IMG/VR virus record: IMGVR_UViG_3300027970_002011
Coordinates: 1-64,000 of that record
Source: a virus
Strand: one strand, 5' to 3'
Length of the DNA: 64,000 bases
The notes below the pieces were generated by a model that worked only from the letters and a program-made list of their open reading frames with translations, ran no database searches and was not told the origin of the DNA. Shown one piece after another: positions 59,401-64,000 of this stretch; the stretch's first letter is position 1, and the number at the start of each line of letters is the position of its first letter. The translations under genes and the position numbers were made by a program.

Positions 59401-62400
59401 TTAACATTCGGTTATTGTTGATGGTGTAATACTTTTAACCATCAAAGGACTTGTTGATACCGTATCAGGTAATGAAGTGTAAGGACAAATATCACAAGTT
59501 GACGAGTTGTATACTTTAGAACCTGTTGTTTGACCTTGTTGGATTGTTACTGTAAGTTCAGTAGTACTGTTACCTAAACAGTCAAAAGTTTCCATTTCAA
59601 ATACCACTTGTACGGTTTGTGTTGCAGCTACAGGAATTCCGTTATTTAATAATGTAACCGTTATTTTATTTTCTGTTCTTGTATATCCTCCACACTGGTC
59701 AGGTAAGTTATTATTATAATTCGCATCATCCCAAGAAATACAAGCGATTTGACTATTAGTACCTGTTGAACCAACACAAGTTTCACAATCTTGGTAAACA
59801 ACTGTTTGTAGTCCCGCGAAATAATCACCACTGTAGTTTATGATGTTGGTATTACCCACAGGGTAGTAACTTTGGTATTGTCCAACATATACCCAACAAT
59901 TACCTTCTGAGTCTTTGAATGATTTAGTTGGTGTTAATGCAAATTCAACAAATGAAGTTTGAAGAACTGTTGTCTGAGAATATCCAAAACTATTCTGAGA
60001 ACAAGATTGGAATACATATATCCATGCCACGTTAGTTGATGATGGTGTTGGTGTTAATGTCGGTGTAATTGAAGGTGTTGGTGTCATTGTTGGTGTTAAT
60101 GTTGGTGTTGGTGTAAACGCAACTTCACAATCCACACAATTACCATACATGGCTTTAACTTCACTAACGGTTGAGTTAGAAGATAAATTCTCATCATTTC
60201 TAACATAAGTTAAACAGAAGATATCCCCGTTAAGTACTCCTAAGAATGTTGTACCAGCAACTAAAGGTGTTCCACTAAACACAAGTGAATCATTTGTATA
60301 GAACTCAAGGTCACTTTGACAATCCTTCAATACTTTTGTGGTTACACAAGTAAATGCATCATCCACAAATCTGTATGTCACAGCCCCAGCAACATCCACA
60401 GTTCTTGTTGGACTTAAAGATAATGTTGGGGTTGGTGATGGAGTTTCAGGTAAGAATCTTTCAAAATCAAAATCAATACCCGTATTACATGTAGGTGTTG
60501 ATGGTGTCGGTGTTGGCGTAACCGCAAACTTAGTAAATTCAAAATTAACTACGTCACAAGTTATTGATGGTGTTGGTGATGGATATGGAACATAGTCACA
60601 ATCAAAATACGCAACAAAATCTAAAGTGTTACAATTTATCGGCGAAGGCGTTGGTGTTGGACAAATTCCTGTTGTAAAGTAGTTGGCTGAAATGTCAGGA
60701 CAAGGATTATAACATGGGTGTGCTCCCTCTAATAAACAACTACCACCCAAAGTATCACTTAAACACCAAAACGAACCTGTGTAGTAAATGTAACCTGTTG
60801 TAACACTATCTCCTGTATAATAATATCTTGAGTTATATGTTCCCCCAATTTCATAGTTACCTGAGTAATCTACCAAATCAGGTAGACTGGTTCTCAAGCA
60901 AAATTCTGTAGTTGCACACACACCCACCGATGGTGTTGGTGTTGGAGTAGCATTTGGGGTTCTTGTTGGACTTGGTGTTGGATTAATTACACAAATACCT
61001 GTTTGAACCACAATTACCTCAGAAGGTGCAATTATAGTATCTTCACAAACACAATATGTTGTTACCTCTAAAGGTGCCAATTCAACGGTCAATTCATTTC
61101 CATAACAATCAATGTAACTAACTTCAGCAAAGGTAGTGTCACTAGTGTTTGTTATATCATATTCCAAACAATTACAAAGAATTGTTGGGGTATCTGTTAC
61201 TGAAGGTGTGATAGTTGGTGTAACCGAAACACTTGGTGTTATAGATACTGATGGTGTAACGGTTGGAGTTGTTGTTGGAGTAACTGTTGGTGTTTTTGTA
61301 ACTGTTGGTGTAACAGATACTGATGGCGTAACAGAAACCGAAGGAGTTACCGACACAGAAGGTGTAACTGATGATGTAGGTGTTAGTGTCGGTGTAACAC
61401 TTGAAGTTGGCGTTGTTGTTGGAGTGTTGGTTGGGGTTATAGTTGGGGTTGGTGTCAAAGAGGGACATACGTATGGTTGTAACGTAAAACAATCATTACA
61501 AGTTAAATAAAACGTAAGTGTATGTCCAACAGCATTATAAATTGGACCACTTGCAACATATGGTATTACTGTCGCACACCCTGTAAATGAAGGTCCTGTA
61601 ATACCATAGGTATCACCCTCATTTAAAATACCCGAAACATTTTGGAATCTAAATACGTTACTTGGGTTACAACAATCTTGAAATAAATAAATGTCATAAG
61701 GTTCCGATGGAGTAACCGTAGGAGTTACCGTTGGAGTTACTGATATACTTGGTGTAATAGAAGGCGTGTTTGTAGGAGTTACCGTTGGAGTCGTTGTTGG
61801 CGTATTTGTGGGAGTATGTGTTGGTGTTACAGACTCTGTTGGAGTTGGTGTAATTGTTGGCGTTGATGTCGGTGTATCCGATGGAGTTACCGATGCCGTA
61901 ATTGATGGTGTATTAGTAGGTGTAGAAGTTGGTGTGTCTGTTGGAGTAACCGATGGTGTGACTGTTGGTGTAACAGAAGACGTTGGAGTTATTGTATTAG
62001 TTGGAGTTATTGTATTAGTTGGAGTAATTGTATTAGTTGGAGTAACTGTTGGTGTTAAAGATTCTGTCGGAGTTACTGACGGTGTATTGGTTGGTGTTGT
62101 TGATGGCGTTAATGGTGGTGTACCTGTTGGTGTAACAGAAGACGTTGGAGTTATGGTATTAGTTGGTGTAATTGTTGGGGTAACAGTGTTGGTTGGTGTA
62201 GTACTATTTGTAGGAGTCACCGTTGGAGTTACGGATTCTGTTGGTGTCACAGTAACTGACGGTGTTAAAGAACTTGTTGGCGTAAGTGAAGGTGTATTTG
62301 TAGGAGTATTGGTTGGTGTATTTGTAGGAGTATTTGTTGGTGTAAGTGTTGGTGAATTTGTAGGAGTATTGGTTGGTGAATTTGTAGGAGTATTTGTTGG

Positions 62401-63390
62401 TGTTAAACTATTTGTTGGTGTATTGGTAGGTGTGATGGTTGGAGTATTTGTTGGTGTTTCAGTCGGTGTTGGTGTTAATGTTGGTGTTGGAGATGGACAA
62501 ATAACACACTCAGAACAATTTGAGAAAATTTCGGTAGATTGTATTAAAACAGAACCTGTACCACCTAAAGTAACACTCTGAACTTCCCAACAAGTGCCTA
62601 AATAAGAAATAACATTACCATTTATTGGTACCGTACATCCCGCAGCATCAATTGATGATGTATTTGTACCATCACAACAATCTATTAACGTTGCTGTCCA
62701 ATCAAAACAAGGATTAACTCCTTCACACTCAACACAAGAATTATGAAAAGTCTTGTAAACACCAATAGAAGCCCCTGGTGTTCCTGAAATAATTTCAAAA
62801 CAACATCCATCAACATCATATACAAGTCCAACACTTGAACTCGCATTTGGTACCGTAATGGTTAATTGTACAGTACCAGTACAACAGTCTTCTACTAAAA
62901 CATCAGTTAGAGTTTGTCCAGGAGATATTGTTGGTGTTGGAGTTTGTGTAGGAGTTTTTGTAACCGTTGGTGTTACAGTTGGCGTTTTTGTTTGAGTGGG
63001 TGTAACTGAAGGTGTTGTTGTTGGTGTTCTTGTTGGTGTTCTTGTTGGTGTTACAGTAGGTGTTTTTGTTTGAGTTGGTGTTGGTGTTGGTGAAGGAATT
63101 AAAGTAACCGCCAATGAACATGCACCAAGACCACACGCAGGGTCAGTACAATCAGTTGCGACTAACTGTAATGATGTTACTGTTCCAACAAAAGTACTAT
63201 TTCCAGAACCAGGATTAACTAAAGATGGTCCGTATACAATCTCAAAACAAACACCACCGCCGCCTACAGCCCTGAAAACATCACCAACAGAAATAATTCC
63301 CGATGGATATAACGGACTTGATACACTGTTAAGAGTAACAATATTAAAAGGGTTTTTACAACACTGTAATTGAATATATGCGGTTGCCAT
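59401..63390 (-). CDS. Large Cys-rich, Thr/Pro mucin-like modular structural protein
   Basis: Repeated xDCC...CxxC modules separated by long TPT tracts. Confidence 0.8.
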   Translation of the reverse strand: MATAYIQLQCCKNPFNIVTLNSVSSPLYPSGIISVGDVFRAVGGGGVCFEIVYGPSLVNPGSGNSTFVGTVTSLQLVATDCTDPACGLGACSLAVTLIPSPTPTPTQTKTPTVTPTRTPTRTPTTTPSVTPTQTKTPTVTPTVTKTPTQTPTPTISPGQTLTDVLVEDCCTGTVQLTITVPNASSSVGLVYDVDGCCFEIISGTPGASIGVYKTFHNSCVECEGVNPCFDWTATLIDCCDGTNTSSIDAAGCTVPINGNVISYLGTCWEVQSVTLGGTGSVLIQSTEIFSNCSECVICPSPTPTLTPTPTETPTNTPTITPTNTPTNSLTPTNTPTNSPTNTPTNSPTLTPTNTPTNTPTNTPTNTPSLTPTSSLTPSVTVTPTESVTPTVTPTNSTTPTNTVTPTITPTNTITPTSSVTPTGTPPLTPSTTPTNTPSVTPTESLTPTVTPTNTITPTNTITPTNTITPTSSVTPTVTPSVTPTDTPTSTPTNTPSITASVTPSDTPTSTPTITPTPTESVTPTHTPTNTPTTTPTVTPTNTPSITPSISVTPTVTPTVTPSEPYDIYLFQDCCNPSNVFRFQNVSGILNEGDTYGITGPSFTGCATVIPYVASGPIYNAVGHTLTFYLTCNDCFTLQPYVCPSLTPTPTITPTNTPTTTPTSSVTPTLTPTSSVTPSVSVTPSVSVTPSVSVTPTVTKTPTVTPTTTPTVTPSVSITPSVSVTPTITPSVTDTPTILCNCLEYDITNTSDTTFAEVSYIDCYGNELTVELAPLEVTTYCVCEDTIIAPSEVIVVQTGICVINPTPSPTRTPNATPTPTPSVGVCATTEFCLRTSLPDLVDYSGNYEIGGTYNSRYYYTGDSVTTGYIYYTGSFWCLSDTLGGSCLLEGAHPCYNPCPDISANYFTTGICPTPTPSPINCNTLDFVAYFDCDYVPYPSPTPSITCDVVNFEFTKFAVTPTPTPSTPTCNTGIDFDFERFLPETPSPTPTLSLSPTRTVDVAGAVTYRFVDDAFTCVTTKVLKDCQSDLEFYTNDSLVFSGTPLVAGTTFLGVLNGDIFCLTYVRNDENLSSNSTVSEVKAMYGNCVDCEVAFTPTPTLTPTMTPTPSITPTLTPTPSSTNVAWIYVFQSCSQNSFGYSQTTVLQTSFVEFALTPTKSFKDSEGNCWVYVGQYQSYYPVGNTNIINYSGDYFAGLQTVVYQDCETCVGSTGTNSQIACISWDDANYNNNLPDQCGGYTRTENKITVTLLNNGIPVAATQTVQVVFEMETFDCLGNSTTELTVTIQQGQTTGSKVYNSSTCDICPYTSLPDTVSTSPLMVKSITPSTITEC

Positions 63391-63454
63391 CTAAGAAATC
63401 TCTACCTAATAAATACCCAAATGATATTTTTCATCAAAAAAAGATATAGTTATT

Positions 63455-63679
63455 ATGAGATTAATAAAGGAATTCTTCAATATATTTATAATTGTGAGAC
63501 TTTTAAAAACAATCAAGAAAGTAATTGAGGAGGCTGAGGATAGATATCTCTCAGCATGTGAAAATAATGTTCCATTAAAAGAGTTGGACAAACTTGAGGA
63601 GAATTATAAAAAATCACTAAAGTTAATGGAGATGTTAGAAACAAAATCTCCTGAAAAAACAATCAAAAAGAAATCTTAA
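63455..63679 (+). CDS. Hypothetical protein
   Basis: 74-aa helical ORF filling the gap. Confidence 0.55.
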   Translation: MRLIKEFFNIFIIVRLLKTIKKVIEEAEDRYLSACENNVPLKELDKLEENYKKSLKLMEMLETKSPEKTIKKKS

Positions 63680-64000
63680 ATTTCTCATCGGGTAAGGATA
63701 CTCCTTTTTTACTTACCACATCTGAACAAACCTCGTTTGCAAAAGATATTGATTGAATTAAGTCATTTGTTTTGATATAGTAGGATACAAATGATGCAAC
63801 AAAAGTATCACCAGCGCCACTAACATCTATAGTATCTTGTGGTTTTGGTGACCTATAAATACTACCCATATACATCGCTCCTTTAGAACCCAAAGTTATT
63901 ATAAATTTATCGGGATGTTCGTCAACCAAATTTTTATTGTTATTATATTCTATTTCATTTTGTTTGACAAAAGAAATATTTTCAATAATATCCCAACTCA
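63663..64000 (-). CDS. PfkB-family sugar kinase, HldE/RfaE-like (partial)
   Basis: ITLGSKGA...DVSGAGDTFVA; frame stays open to the window end. Confidence 0.85.
   Translation of the reverse strand, partial: SWDIIENISFVKQNEIEYNNNKNLVDEHPDKFIITLGSKGAMYMGSIYRSPKPQDTIDVSGAGDTFVASFVSYYIKTNDLIQSISFANEVCSDVVSKKGVSLPDEKFKISF

Noticed and set aside
58903-63136. Val/Gly-rich plus-strand ORFs and Asn/Thr-rich shifted ORFs
   Set aside because: Antisense or frameshifted shadows of the Thr/Pro tracts.
1-64000. Stop-codon reassignment
   Set aside because: Genes are full-length and tightly packed under the standard code, and TAA, TGA and TAG all act as stops.
1-64000. Eukaryotic giant virus or bacterial chromosome origin
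   Set aside because: Sigma-70, bacterial promoters and terminators, S74 fibres, DUF3310 and coupled operons without core cellular genes fit a large phage.

Overview
This 64 kb window looks like part of a large (jumbo-type) tailed dsDNA phage. It is gene-dense, AT-rich, uses the standard genetic code and is mostly minus-strand. Three things point to a Bacteroidota host: TTTG-N19/20-TAnnTTTG promoters, a short Bacteroidota-type RpoD-like sigma factor, and signal peptides followed by Gln. Contents in order: a glycosylation cluster (Glf and two GT2 enzymes); early hypothetical genes; an RNA locus (structured non-coding region, HNH gene, atypical tRNA with a CAT anticodon); NUDIX, DUF192, DHH and ferritin-like genes; two DNA methyltransferases; free-standing GIY-YIG and LAGLIDADG endonucleases; three tandem ~1100-1200 aa collagen-like fibres with C-terminal S74 chaperones; glutaredoxin and thioredoxin; DnaJ; probable head-internal proteins; a candidate lysis/envelope block; sigma factor; a rearranged Mre11/Rad50 pair; exonuclease, primase and RuvC-like resolvase; Cys-rich, Thr/Pro mucin-like structural proteins; and a PfkB/HldE-like kinase. 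Best leads: (1) a possible phage-encoded glycosylated matrix of collagen plus mucin-like proteins; (2) a multi-domain switchable ncRNA upstream of HNH and tRNA; (3) a TATTTAT(A) late-gene motif that sits as close as 3-4 nt to start codons; (4) an Mre11 C-terminal region apparently moved onto a Rad50 with altered motifs; (5) candidate virion-packaged enzymes carrying prohead-protease-type leaders. All family calls come from reading motifs by eye; no searches were run.
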